From assembly GCA_039818205.1 (NCBI GenBank), contig JBCBUK010000012.1, positions 71,239-135,238 of the forward strand: a stretch of 64,000 nucleotides of DNA, written 5' to 3'. Positions 28,549 through 37,747 of the stretch are shown piece by piece. Source of the DNA: Verrucomicrobiota bacterium (GTDB lineage: Bacteria; Verrucomicrobiota; Verrucomicrobiia; Opitutales; Cerasicoccaceae). Below the pieces are notes generated by a model. The model was not told where the DNA came from. It did not search any database and saw only the letters and a program-made list of their open reading frames with translations. The translations under genes and the position numbers were made by a program. Within the stretch, counting starts at the first letter, position 1; each line of letters opens with the position of its first letter.

Positions 28549-28971
28549 CTAATCTAGTTCGTCACGGCAACATTCCCTCGTTTTCCAGGATCCCTCGATC
28601 AACTCGATGTAATCAGACTCTTCTGCGATCCACCACTGATCGAAAAAAGCAACGAGTGTATCCATGTCGACCAGTAGATCGTTTGGCTTATCCATATCTG
28701 CAATCGGGAAATAATTGAAATTCTCGCGGATGAACGCTTCTTTGCACTTCATTTTTATCGTTGGCCTCCAGCCTTCTAGACTCCCTTCAAAAGGCACTTC
28801 TTCCGTCATCACAACCGTTGATCCGTTATAGATTTCCAACTCGCTCGCAGCCTCTGGGCAAAGCTCCACAATATGGTCAAGCAACTCCTGCTTAGGGCGA
28901 ATCACGTAGACACGGCGGTCATAGAGGTCCTGCGTGCCTTCGACAAATCTTGATGGCTTGATGAGTGGCAT
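28549..28971 (-). CDS. Hypothetical protein (140 aa, acidic)
   Basis: ORF fills the intergenic space; no family recognised with confidence. Confidence 0.6.
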   Translation of the reverse strand: MPLIKPSRFVEGTQDLYDRRVYVIRPKQELLDHIVELCPEAASELEIYNGSTVVMTEEVPFEGSLEGWRPTIKMKCKEAFIRENFNYFPIADMDKPNDLLVDMDTLVAFFDQWWIAEESDYIELIEGSWKTRECCRDELD

Positions 28972-28992
28972 ATTGGGATCGGAAGAATTGAA

Positions 28993-29367
28993 TTAGACGG
29001 TTTCAGGATCACTTTTCGCGGTTACCAATTTCCACAGACCGTCAGCAATTTTGTAGAAACCATATAATCCCAAACGAGCAACCCAATCAAAAATCCTACC
29101 GGTCAGAATGCGTAGATCCGGGTAGAATTGGTATAGAATATACATCCCTACCGGCAGCAGAAACAACGGCACACCTCGGACAATACTCGCCACTCCTTCC
29201 CCGCGGATACTTCGTTTTTTCTCGGCATTTACCTTCTTAACAAAACGTAGAATCTCCTTATCCGAGACCATTCCCGAATCGCCCAGGAATTGGCGCACCG
29301 ATTTAACGGGTTCGCCCCAAACCAACTTGGCGCGGGCATCGACCAATAGGCGCTCCATCTCATTCAT
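28993..29367 (-). CDS. Hypothetical membrane protein
   Basis: Two C-terminal hydrophobic segments; fills the gap. Confidence 0.65.
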   Translation of the reverse strand: MNEMERLLVDARAKLVWGEPVKSVRQFLGDSGMVSDKEILRFVKKVNAEKKRSIRGEGVASIVRGVPLFLLPVGMYILYQFYPDLRILTGRIFDWVARLGLYGFYKIADGLWKLVTAKSDPETV

Positions 29368-29408
29368 TGATAAATACTACAATTCAATACTTCATAAAAG
29401 AGAAGCGC

Positions 29409-29437
29409 AAAAAAGCCCGCATCACATCAATACGGGC
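29409..29437 (-). terminator. Rho-independent terminator
   Basis: Minus strand GCCCGTAT-TGATGTG-ATGCGGGC followed by TTTTTT. Confidence 0.75.
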
Positions 29438-29458
29438 CAGTGAATGGTTAAAAAGATC

Positions 29459-30151
29459 CTAGCGTCCGTCGCCCTTGTGGCGGCGTTCCTCTTCGCGGCA
29501 GTCGTGCATGACGCGGAGCCAGAGGTCGCGGAGATCAAACAATACCTGCAGCACCTCAGCCTGGAAGGCATGGAGGAGACGGGGATTGTCCGTCCGTAGT
29601 TCTTGGAGCACGGCCATGGTGTGGTTGATCGCGCCGAGGCCATTCTTCAGATGGCAAATCGCCAAATTAAAGTCGCCCATGTCGAGCGCATTAATCCCCA
29701 TGACGGCATTGAACTCGCCGACGTGAAGGCTGTGCGCAAAACGACCACCCATCACGGCATCAACGGACCCCTTGGTCTGGCCAAGGAAATGCTCCCAGCA
29801 CTGGAAAAGGTGCTGATAAAGGCCATGGCTAACGATGTAAACTGGGTGTTTGTGGACCGAGTAAGGATCATCGAAATCAGGTGATTCCGCTTCCTTTTCC
29901 TCCGCCTCGAAATCGTCCTCGGAATCCTCGAAATCAGTGCCACCCCAGTCATCTGATTCCCACTTCATGAGCTGGGCAATCTCGTCCAAGTGACCAGGCT
30001 TGTGCTTGAGTCTATGATAGTGACCCAGGAACTCGCCGATCTCTTTTTCGTTTTGCTTGAGGTAGCGCTGCCAGTCGAACTCGTTCCAAGTCAATTCTTC
30101 ACTGTTGTCCCAATCGCCGTCAGAAGAGTTGTCGAAGTCAAAAGCGCTCAT
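29459..30151 (-). CDS. Hypothetical acidic helical protein
   Basis: Coding-like sequence, WNEFDWQRYL motif, own terminator; start moved to MSAFDF. Confidence 0.75.
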   Translation of the reverse strand: MSAFDFDNSSDGDWDNSEELTWNEFDWQRYLKQNEKEIGEFLGHYHRLKHKPGHLDEIAQLMKWESDDWGGTDFEDSEDDFEAEEKEAESPDFDDPYSVHKHPVYIVSHGLYQHLFQCWEHFLGQTKGSVDAVMGGRFAHSLHVGEFNAVMGINALDMGDFNLAICHLKNGLGAINHTMAVLQELRTDNPRLLHAFQAEVLQVLFDLRDLWLRVMHDCREEERRHKGDGR

Positions 30152-30401
30152 AATTGGTAACCCTTTCGGGATAGGTTCTAATGTGGTTAATCGCCGAAGA
30201 AAATCAACCTCGAATTGCAAAATCGTAGAAAAGATCTTGGCTGCACAGCTAGAAGCAAGAGGTATACCGTATTACGAACAGCAGAATATTTTTTTAATTT
30301 CAGAAGCGTATTGATGGCCGGGAATTTGCAAACGGAGCAAATTGGCGTTGAAATGCTTGGCAGTCACGCTAATCAATGTGATATCGTCTATTGTTTGCGC
30401 C

Positions 30402-30683
30402 ATGACAGATACCATTTACCGCGAAGAAGTGCATTTTTCGGGCCGAGTCCAGGGCGTGGGTTTTCGCTACGCCACTTTGCAAGTCGCCAAGGAATTTGAA
30501 GTGACCGGCGAGGTAAGAAACCTAGCCGATGGCCGGGTATACTTGGCCGCAGAGGGGCGCAAAGACGAAGTGGAGGCGTTTCGGACCGAAGTGGCTGACC
30601 GCCTGTTACCCTTTATTCGAGAAACAGACATCCAAACGACTATGGATGCCCCTAAATATAAGTCGTTCGAGATCACACATTAA
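30402..30683 (+). CDS. acyP: Acylphosphatase
   Basis: SGRVQGVGFR and GEVRNLADGRV. Confidence 0.92.
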   Translation: MTDTIYREEVHFSGRVQGVGFRYATLQVAKEFEVTGEVRNLADGRVYLAAEGRKDEVEAFRTEVADRLLPFIRETDIQTTMDAPKYKSFEITH

Positions 30684-30687
30684 CATT

Positions 30688-31575
30688 ATGAGCGAACCTG
30701 CGATTCGCATAAAGGAGCTCACCAAGGACTTCCGCATTGGCGTCCGCGGCGTAAAATTGCGCGCGGTGGACAACGTGTCTCTGGAAATTGGTGATAATCA
30801 GATTTTTGGCCTCCTCGGCCCCAACGGTTGCGGTAAAAGTACCACCATGAAAATCCTCCTGGGATTGCTGGAGCCGACTCGGGGTGAGTGCGCCATCTAC
30901 GGGACGAACAGCCGTTCGGTCAAATCACGGAACAACGTGGGATTCCTACCCGAGGCACCTTACTTCTATAAATTCCTCTCCGGTAGGGAATTAGTACGCT
31001 TCTATGCCCGGGTCTGCGGTGTCGCCAAAGACGAAATTGGTGACCGGACCGAGTCCGTATTGGAGCTTGTTTCGATGCAGAACGCGGCACATCGGCGGGT
31101 CGGAACCTACTCCAAAGGCATGCTGCAGCGCATTGGAATTGCCCAGGCACTGGTACACGACCCGAAATTGGTAGTCCTTGATGAACCCACTGCCGGGGTC
31201 GACCCGATTGGCTCCCATGCTATTGCAGAGTTGATTATCGCGCTAAAAGAACGCGGAAAAACCATTATGCTCTGTTCCCATTTGCTCGCCCAGGTCGAAG
31301 GCCTTTGCGACCGGGTAGCCATCATGAGCCGCGGGAAGCTCGTGCTCGAAGGGGGCGTGGATGAACTCCTCGAGCGCGAAGACCAACGCAGCTTAATCGT
31401 CCGCGATTTTAACGCCGAAGCCCAGGCGGAGATCGAAGCCGTGTTAGAAAAATACGGATCCAAACTGGAGAAAGTCGAAGCCCCGCGTATCAGCCTGGAC
31501 CGTCTATTCCTAGCACACACGGACAAGGAAGCGATCGGCTCCGGGCAAGACGTTAAAGAAAAGGAGGGCAAATAA
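30688..31575 (+). CDS. ABC transporter ATP-binding protein (PilH-like)
   Basis: GPNGCGKST, YSKGMLQR, LDEPTAGVDP, SH. Confidence 0.93.
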   Translation: MSEPAIRIKELTKDFRIGVRGVKLRAVDNVSLEIGDNQIFGLLGPNGCGKSTTMKILLGLLEPTRGECAIYGTNSRSVKSRNNVGFLPEAPYFYKFLSGRELVRFYARVCGVAKDEIGDRTESVLELVSMQNAAHRRVGTYSKGMLQRIGIAQALVHDPKLVVLDEPTAGVDPIGSHAIAELIIALKERGKTIMLCSHLLAQVEGLCDRVAIMSRGKLVLEGGVDELLEREDQRSLIVRDFNAEAQAEIEAVLEKYGSKLEKVEAPRISLDRLFLAHTDKEAIGSGQDVKEKEGK

Positions 31576-31576
31576 G

Positions 31577-32416
31577 ATGATTGGATCCACTCCTTCACGA
31601 CTCCTGCTGATCGCCCGCAATACCTTCCTTGAGGCGGTGAGGCAGAAATTTTTCAACGTGCTGGTCATCCTTTCAATTGCGCTGATTGGCAGCTCCAATT
31701 TCTTCCGCCAATTCGATTTTGGCAGCTCTGAGTTGAAGTTCATTGCCGACCTCGGCCTCGGCTCCATCTTGCTGTTCGGATCGATCCTCTCGGTTGTGGT
31801 GACCGCCCAGCTCTTCTTCAGCGAGATCGAAAATCGCACAGCCCTCACCATCCTGGCGAAGCCGGTGCAGCGTTGGGAATTCATTGTCGGCAAATTCCTG
31901 GGCATCTTTTTCGTAATCGCGGCCTTCGTTTCCCTGATGTTCTTGCTGCTGGCTGCCATGCTGTATTGGCGGGAAAGCACATTGATGGAAAACCTGGGTG
32001 GTGATTTCACTGGCGGTCGCATCGTCCAATACGGCGGCATCCTGATGATGGCGCTCACCGAATTGCTCAAGTTCGGAATCCTTGTCGCCATCACCCTCTT
32101 CATCGCTAGCTTTTCAAATACCAACCTGTATACGGTGATCATCTCGTTTTTTGTGATGCTGATCTGCCAACTTCAGTACATCGCGAAGGATAGCTGGGGC
32201 GACCTCGAAAATCCAATAGTCCGCGGCATCGTCTGGTTATTGGCCTCGATTTTTCCCAACCTGCAGATGTTCAACATTGGCGAGCAGTTGATCTTTACGC
32301 CCGTAGGCGCCACAGTTGAGATGAGCGTCTACTTCGGAATCGTAGGCTACGGCCTCATCTATATCGTGGCCTTCCTGGGCCTCTCCGCTTACTCGTTTAA
32401 GAACCGGGAGATTTGA
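31577..32416 (+). CDS. ABC-2 type permease (PilI-like)
   Basis: IARNTFLEAVR, EIENRT..TILAKPV.R.EFIVGKFLG, about 6 TM segments. Confidence 0.88.
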   Translation: MIGSTPSRLLLIARNTFLEAVRQKFFNVLVILSIALIGSSNFFRQFDFGSSELKFIADLGLGSILLFGSILSVVVTAQLFFSEIENRTALTILAKPVQRWEFIVGKFLGIFFVIAAFVSLMFLLLAAMLYWRESTLMENLGGDFTGGRIVQYGGILMMALTELLKFGILVAITLFIASFSNTNLYTVIISFFVMLICQLQYIAKDSWGDLENPIVRGIVWLLASIFPNLQMFNIGEQLIFTPVGATVEMSVYFGIVGYGLIYIVAFLGLSAYSFKNREI

Positions 32417-32422
32417 TCCACC

Positions 32423-33295
32423 ATGCCCCTTGATCAAGATAGTTGGTTTTTGCGCATTGGAAAGCGGATCGCGATCGTATTCGCAGTCCTGCTCACAGTC
32501 GGTTTGATCACCTCGCCGCTGCAGAATCATGTTTGGGGCGATGTTCGAACGTTCCAGCCGGAGCTAAATCTTGAGGAAGTCGAAGAAGCCCTCGGACAAG
32601 GCATCGTCATCGGACTCTTCGGAGGATTTCGAACCCTAATGGCTGACATGGTCTACCTAAGGGCAAACCACTACTGGGAACGCCAGGACCGCGCCAATAC
32701 CGAAGCCTTAATCGCGCTGACGACCTCGATTGATCCACGACCAATGTTCTTCTGGCAAAATGGCGCGCGCATGCTTGCCTACGATATCCCAGTTTGGCGA
32801 ATCCGTGAGCGAGGCGAATGGGAAGATGTGCCGCAAGCCTATAGGGATCAGGTATTCAAAGAGCAAGCTGAGCGGGGCTTAGCAATGATGGACCGCGCTG
32901 AGAAATTTTTTCCCGGTGACTATCGTGTGCCTCTAGAAAAAGCCCAAATTTATCTTAACAAGTTGGAAGACCTGGAGAAGGCCGCAGAGTATTACGATAT
33001 CGTCGCCCAATACGACAATGCCCCGTTTTATGCCGCACGGATCCACGCGGAAGTGCTGAAACGCATGGGCCGCTACCAAGAAGCCCTCGACTACCTAAAG
33101 GCACTGTATCCGACACTTCCGCCCACGGAGGTTAACCCGCAGGCTAGCCGAGAGGTCGTCATGGAACGCATCCGCGAGCTTGAAGACCAAATCAACGTTC
33201 CGCCAATCCTGCGATACCCACAGCAGCCCTATGAAAGCAGCGAAGACGCCTTTGGACAAAGCTCCGATTTCTCCAATCCGCTCTACCAGGAATAG
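32423..33295 (+). CDS. Membrane-anchored TPR-like protein (PilG-like)
   Basis: N-terminal TM; GGFR.LMAD, TSIDPR, helical TPR-like repeats; in operon with the ABC pair. Confidence 0.7.
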   Translation: MPLDQDSWFLRIGKRIAIVFAVLLTVGLITSPLQNHVWGDVRTFQPELNLEEVEEALGQGIVIGLFGGFRTLMADMVYLRANHYWERQDRANTEALIALTTSIDPRPMFFWQNGARMLAYDIPVWRIRERGEWEDVPQAYRDQVFKEQAERGLAMMDRAEKFFPGDYRVPLEKAQIYLNKLEDLEKAAEYYDIVAQYDNAPFYAARIHAEVLKRMGRYQEALDYLKALYPTLPPTEVNPQASREVVMERIRELEDQINVPPILRYPQQPYESSEDAFGQSSDFSNPLYQE

Positions 33296-33530
33296 ACGCC
33301 CACGGACAAATAGCCTGAAGGCATAATTTTATTTGTTTAAATACAAATGAGCTGTCCTTATCGATCCTAGGGGGCTCGAGCTACAATCTACGTGTTTCCT
33401 GTAGAGATTCTCTAGGTGATACTGCTCATAATTGTAAGAATTTGGTAAGTCCTTGAGGCCCAAAAGAAAAGGAGCAAATCCCCCTCTTTCCTATTGCAAA
33501 AAAGGATTAGATTTTCATCATCATCAACCC

Positions 33531-34220
33531 ATGGGACCTCCTCCTCAGCTGGGCCGTGTGCGCGGTGTCATCTTCGATATGGATGGCCTATTGTTGGACA
33601 CGGAGCGATTGTTCAAGCGCGCCTACCAACGTTCGGCTGAGCAGCATGGTGTAACCCTCGAAGACTCGGTTTACGACGAGATGATTGGATTACGATCCGA
33701 CGCGAGCCAGAAGGTGTTGCGTGAGCGCCTGGGGCCTGGTGCACCAAGCGCCGCTATTATTGAGGGCGCACGGCACTACTATTACATGCAGATTGAGGAG
33801 GAAGGCATTCCCCTGCGTCCGGGCGTTCCGGAGATGTTTGAATACATCGAACAGCTTGGCCTGCCGAGTGCCGTCGCCACCTCGACGCACTATGACCTGG
33901 CCATCATTAAGCTACGGGTCGTCGGCCTCATCGAACGCATTATCGGCGTCGTTAGCGGCGACCAGGTTGAGCATGGAAAACCTGCCCCGGACATCTACTT
34001 GGCCGCGGCTGAGCTACTGGATATCCCGCCATCCGAATGCCTCGCACTTGAAGACTCACCACCCGGCGTGATTGCTGCGCGCCGTGCGGAATGCATCACC
34101 GTTATGGTGCCAGACCTACAGGCTCCTAACGAGGTTACCCGATCAATGGCCAACTTCATTTACCCCTCATTGCATGAGGTCATCGCCGCGCTCAAGGATG
34201 CGCGGTCGGTAATGTCTTAA
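33531..34220 (+). CDS. HAD-IA family phosphatase
   Basis: IFDMDGLLLDTE, ATS, GKPAPDIY, LEDS..G. Confidence 0.92.
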   Translation: MGPPPQLGRVRGVIFDMDGLLLDTERLFKRAYQRSAEQHGVTLEDSVYDEMIGLRSDASQKVLRERLGPGAPSAAIIEGARHYYYMQIEEEGIPLRPGVPEMFEYIEQLGLPSAVATSTHYDLAIIKLRVVGLIERIIGVVSGDQVEHGKPAPDIYLAAAELLDIPPSECLALEDSPPGVIAARRAECITVMVPDLQAPNEVTRSMANFIYPSLHEVIAALKDARSVMS

Positions 34221-34237
34221 ACTATCCACCCTCAATC

Positions 34238-35323
34238 ATGTTTGGACTTTGGCACCGAGTATCGCTGACCGCGTGGTGCGCGATGGCTCCGCTGATGCTG
34301 ATGGCGGCTGACTGGCGAATCGGTGATCAGCATTATCGCAACGTCACGGTTAAGCAGGTCACCGAAACCGCGGTGATCATCCAACACTCGGGCGGCATCA
34401 GTCAGGTACCCCTGGAGGATCTTCCCCCGGAGGCGCAAAAGCACTTTGGCTATGATCCAGAGGCCGCATCCGCCGCGAAAGCCCGGCTGGAAAAGGAAAA
34501 CCTGCAGGCGCTCGAAAAGCGAAAGCAGCAGCTGGCCAACCAACAGCAAAGCAAAGCACGTCAGTCGGGACCCGGCGTGGAGGCACAGCAAACCGTCGTG
34601 AAATTTCACCCCGAGGTGGATCTGCGGCCCCACATGAGGGAGCTCGGGTTAACCACCAAGAGCCAAGGACGCCGTCCGAGCTGCTCGGTCTTTGCGGTTG
34701 TCGGCGCGCTGGAATACCTTTCCGCTAAAACGGGAAAGCCTATGAGGTATTCCGAGGACTACGCGATCTGGGCAACTCGGGAATACCTTGCCGACCAAAA
34801 TATGGGGCTCAACCAATCATTTTCCGAAGGCGATGCCGGATTTCGCCTGATCGATGTGATCGACGCCCTGGAGGAGTACGGGCTGGTCGACCGCGAATCG
34901 ATGCCCAACACCTTTGGCACTGGCATGGACCGCATTGAGCGACCATCTCAAGAGTTATTGAGCACAGCCAAGCAAGGGCTCGTCAGCATCAACGCACGGC
35001 GCCTGGATGACGCCGATCCCGAGAAAACCATTCTGCGCCTCACCCAGTGCCTCAATTCGGCCTATCCGGTGGTGATCGGCGTACCCTGGCCGCACGAGAA
35101 TACGCTGATCGCCGCACCAATGATCTCGGGGCAGAATCCCGTGAGCAATCATGCAGTCACGCTCGTGGGTTATCGGTCCGACCCCAACGGAGAAAATCAA
35201 CGTTTCCTTTTCAAGAACTCGTGGGGACACGACTGGGGCAGCGGTGGCTACGGCTGGATTACCGCAGACTACCTGCGGAAGCATCCGCCAATGGCCTACT
35301 TTATGAATCCGAAATTCGATTAG
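34238..35323 (+). CDS. Secreted C1 (papain-like) cysteine peptidase with small N-terminal domain
   Basis: QGRRPSCSVFA (Gln/Cys), NHAVTLVGY (His), KNSWG..WG..GYG (Asn). Confidence 0.9.
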   Translation: MFGLWHRVSLTAWCAMAPLMLMAADWRIGDQHYRNVTVKQVTETAVIIQHSGGISQVPLEDLPPEAQKHFGYDPEAASAAKARLEKENLQALEKRKQQLANQQQSKARQSGPGVEAQQTVVKFHPEVDLRPHMRELGLTTKSQGRRPSCSVFAVVGALEYLSAKTGKPMRYSEDYAIWATREYLADQNMGLNQSFSEGDAGFRLIDVIDALEEYGLVDRESMPNTFGTGMDRIERPSQELLSTAKQGLVSINARRLDDADPEKTILRLTQCLNSAYPVVIGVPWPHENTLIAAPMISGQNPVSNHAVTLVGYRSDPNGENQRFLFKNSWGHDWGSGGYGWITADYLRKHPPMAYFMNPKFD

Positions 35324-35336
35324 CGTGAAGTAGCCC

Positions 35337-36128
35337 CTAGCTCTGCTCGGAGTCATCCGCTGGATCGGCCAAGCCTTCTCCGTCAAGCAGACGCTCTGCC
35401 TGGGACTTCCATATCTCGGCATTTTCGAGAGCAACGGCTTGATCCAGCCAGCTCTTTGCCGCATCGCGATTGCCCTGCATCAGCTCAAGTTGGCCGAGTT
35501 CGAACAACGCTTCGCCGCGAACCGCTTCCAATGCGGTCGGGTCCGCAACAAGGGCGGATAAAGTCGATCTACCGGCATCCTGTTGGCCGGCTTTAATTTG
35601 AGCCATGCCCAATCCGAGCTGAGCCCGGCCCAGAACCATTGTGTTTTGCAGTGGCTGAAGCGACTCAAGATAGAGCGGCGCGGCTCCTTCGTAGTCGCCA
35701 TCGGCGTATTTTTTGTCGGCCAGTTGGAGCAAGGCAACACCGCCCAACGGAGAGCTCAAATTATCCGTGCCGAAGCTTTGCAGCTTGGCGTCGTCGCCCA
35801 CCGCAGCGCTAAAATCAGCCTGCATGTTCTCAAAACTACTCGCCTGGACCAACTGCCAGGTGTTCACACCGCCAACGCCCAGAATCAAAATCAACGCACC
35901 GAGGATAACTCCGGTCTTGTTGCGCTGCCAGAAGAGCCACGCCCGATCCTCAATATCGGCCTCGGTAAAGGCGTCATCGATCTCAACTAGATTGCGGTCG
36001 TCACCTTCGGAATCCGCGGCTTTGGGGGTCGATTTCGAGCTTGGGGCAGCTGCCAACTCCTCGTTGGAGAAACGGGGATCTTCGGCCAAACCCTCTTGGG
36101 ACTTCTTCTTCTTCGGCGGGCGATTCAT
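35337..36128 (-). CDS. YfgM-like membrane-anchored TPR protein
   Basis: FWQRNK then a single TM, then TPR helices (ALLQLA...GDYEGA). Confidence 0.7.
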   Translation of the reverse strand: MNRPPKKKKSQEGLAEDPRFSNEELAAAPSSKSTPKAADSEGDDRNLVEIDDAFTEADIEDRAWLFWQRNKTGVILGALILILGVGGVNTWQLVQASSFENMQADFSAAVGDDAKLQSFGTDNLSSPLGGVALLQLADKKYADGDYEGAAPLYLESLQPLQNTMVLGRAQLGLGMAQIKAGQQDAGRSTLSALVADPTALEAVRGEALFELGQLELMQGNRDAAKSWLDQAVALENAEIWKSQAERLLDGEGLADPADDSEQS

Positions 36129-36276
36129 AGGAGGAAAAAGGGGGCAGGTTGCAAACGCGATGGCGGGTAGTCAAGCGAAAGCGCACCCGTTAGCGCTAAT
36201 ACTCGACGGCCGGAGTTCCCCAAAAATACCGCAGCAATTGATTCCGACGGCGCCTAAGACAAAGGCAATTACTCAA

Positions 36277-36723
36277 CTACCGGCGCAGGCTATTCAGCAA
36301 ATTGACGAATTCTGACACCTCGGTGTGGTCAATGATCAATCCGTCGCGGAAGGACATGATGTCGACAACGTGAAACGAAACCTGGCGTCCCGTGGCGGGT
36401 ATATCCATCCACGGCCCGCTGTGTGTCCCCTCGAATCGCTTGTAAGTCCAGACCTTATCGCCGTCTGCCGCCATATCAAGGATCGTGATCTTGATATCCG
36501 GGAAGGCGGCAAAGAGCATTCGATGGATAACTTTGTCCCCTTCCCGATCGTCCACATAGTCATGATCCTCCGTCCGAACACCCGTCGCAACAATCTTGCG
36601 CACATCGGGGTTCACGAAATCGGGTGAGATAAAGCGATCAATCGCCCCGACATCCTGCTCATTCTGAACGACTTGCACAAACTCCCGCATCCGGGCTTTA
36701 TTCGATTCTTGAAGGGTTGCCAT
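36277..36723 (-). CDS. SnoaL-like ester cyclase / NTF2-fold protein
   Basis: AAFPD, A.GDKV, GTHSG.W..IPATGRQV, RDGLI. Confidence 0.88.
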   Translation of the reverse strand: MATLQESNKARMREFVQVVQNEQDVGAIDRFISPDFVNPDVRKIVATGVRTEDHDYVDDREGDKVIHRMLFAAFPDIKITILDMAADGDKVWTYKRFEGTHSGPWMDIPATGRQVSFHVVDIMSFRDGLIIDHTEVSEFVNLLNSLRR

Positions 36724-36869
36724 GACTGCTGGCAACTTCTAACACTCCAGTGAGGATGTCTAGCGAGAACGCTTTTAGGTGCGCATCGTCGAAAAAATCA
36801 CAATAAGATATATCGCAATGGAAAAATATTGCTGGATCGCTTCTAGAACCAATATTCTAGGATCGAGTT

Positions 36870-37730
36870 TTGAGAAACCTAACGCTAGCAATAATCCTAT
36901 GCGCCATTGTCTCCACTTGTGTTGGGAGAGCTATTAGTTCTGCGGAGATTTCGAAATTCACCAGTAAGTATCCGCTAATCCAAAAGGGGGAGGCGGAAGC
37001 GGAGATAGGTGAACAACAACCTAGACTCAAGGAGGCGATTACTGCCTTAGGAAAGCCCATCGAAACCCTAGCCTTAAGCCCTACCTTTGGCTATATGAAA
37101 TATGAGTCAGACAGAGCTGGTTTTTACTACCTATTTATGCTCAATGGTCATGATGTTCGAGATCAAGGAATCGAGAATTATTATATAGTTTCAATCGTTC
37201 TAACAAATTTATCCGATATAGATATCCATGTATATGGCGTTAATTTCGTAGATGTTAATATCGATGATAATGAATATTACTCTTCGATTCTGGTTGGGAA
37301 CTATTTAGAGCTCCAAGATGACGTTCCAATTGCACAAAGATTCAAAGCAGAGGATGAATTGGAGATCCTACTGAGGCAATTGTCAGAATCTGCGACATAC
37401 AATGATTGCATCGAGATCCTTGGCCATCCCTACAAACGTCGGGGCATCTTCATTTACTATGAAAGCGAGATACCCGGTTGGGAATACGTTTTCCGCTTCA
37501 GGCACAAGAGCCCTGAAATTAATAAAAACTTGTTCAGCTTACCCCCTCATAATTCAAGCGGGTCGGACCTTTTGCTCGATTGGGTCTATCATACCAATCG
37601 AGTTGAATGGCACTCACTTACACCTGAGGGGTCTTTTATGAGATTACTCATTAGTAGCGTCGAAGAGGAAATAAGGAAAGAGGCACAAGGCAACGCCAGT
37701 GATTCTCCAACTACGGCTGAGCAAAACTAG
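36870..37730 (+). CDS. Hypothetical secreted protein, AT-rich, with internal duplication
   Basis: Signal-like N-terminus; two LGxP...YES...G..Y.F segments; visibly lower GC than the flanks. Confidence 0.7.
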   Translation: MRNLTLAIILCAIVSTCVGRAISSAEISKFTSKYPLIQKGEAEAEIGEQQPRLKEAITALGKPIETLALSPTFGYMKYESDRAGFYYLFMLNGHDVRDQGIENYYIVSIVLTNLSDIDIHVYGVNFVDVNIDDNEYYSSILVGNYLELQDDVPIAQRFKAEDELEILLRQLSESATYNDCIEILGHPYKRRGIFIYYESEIPGWEYVFRFRHKSPEINKNLFSLPPHNSSGSDLLLDWVYHTNRVEWHSLTPEGSFMRLLISSVEEEIRKEAQGNASDSPTTAEQN

Positions 37731-37747
37731 CTCGTCAAAGCGAACCC

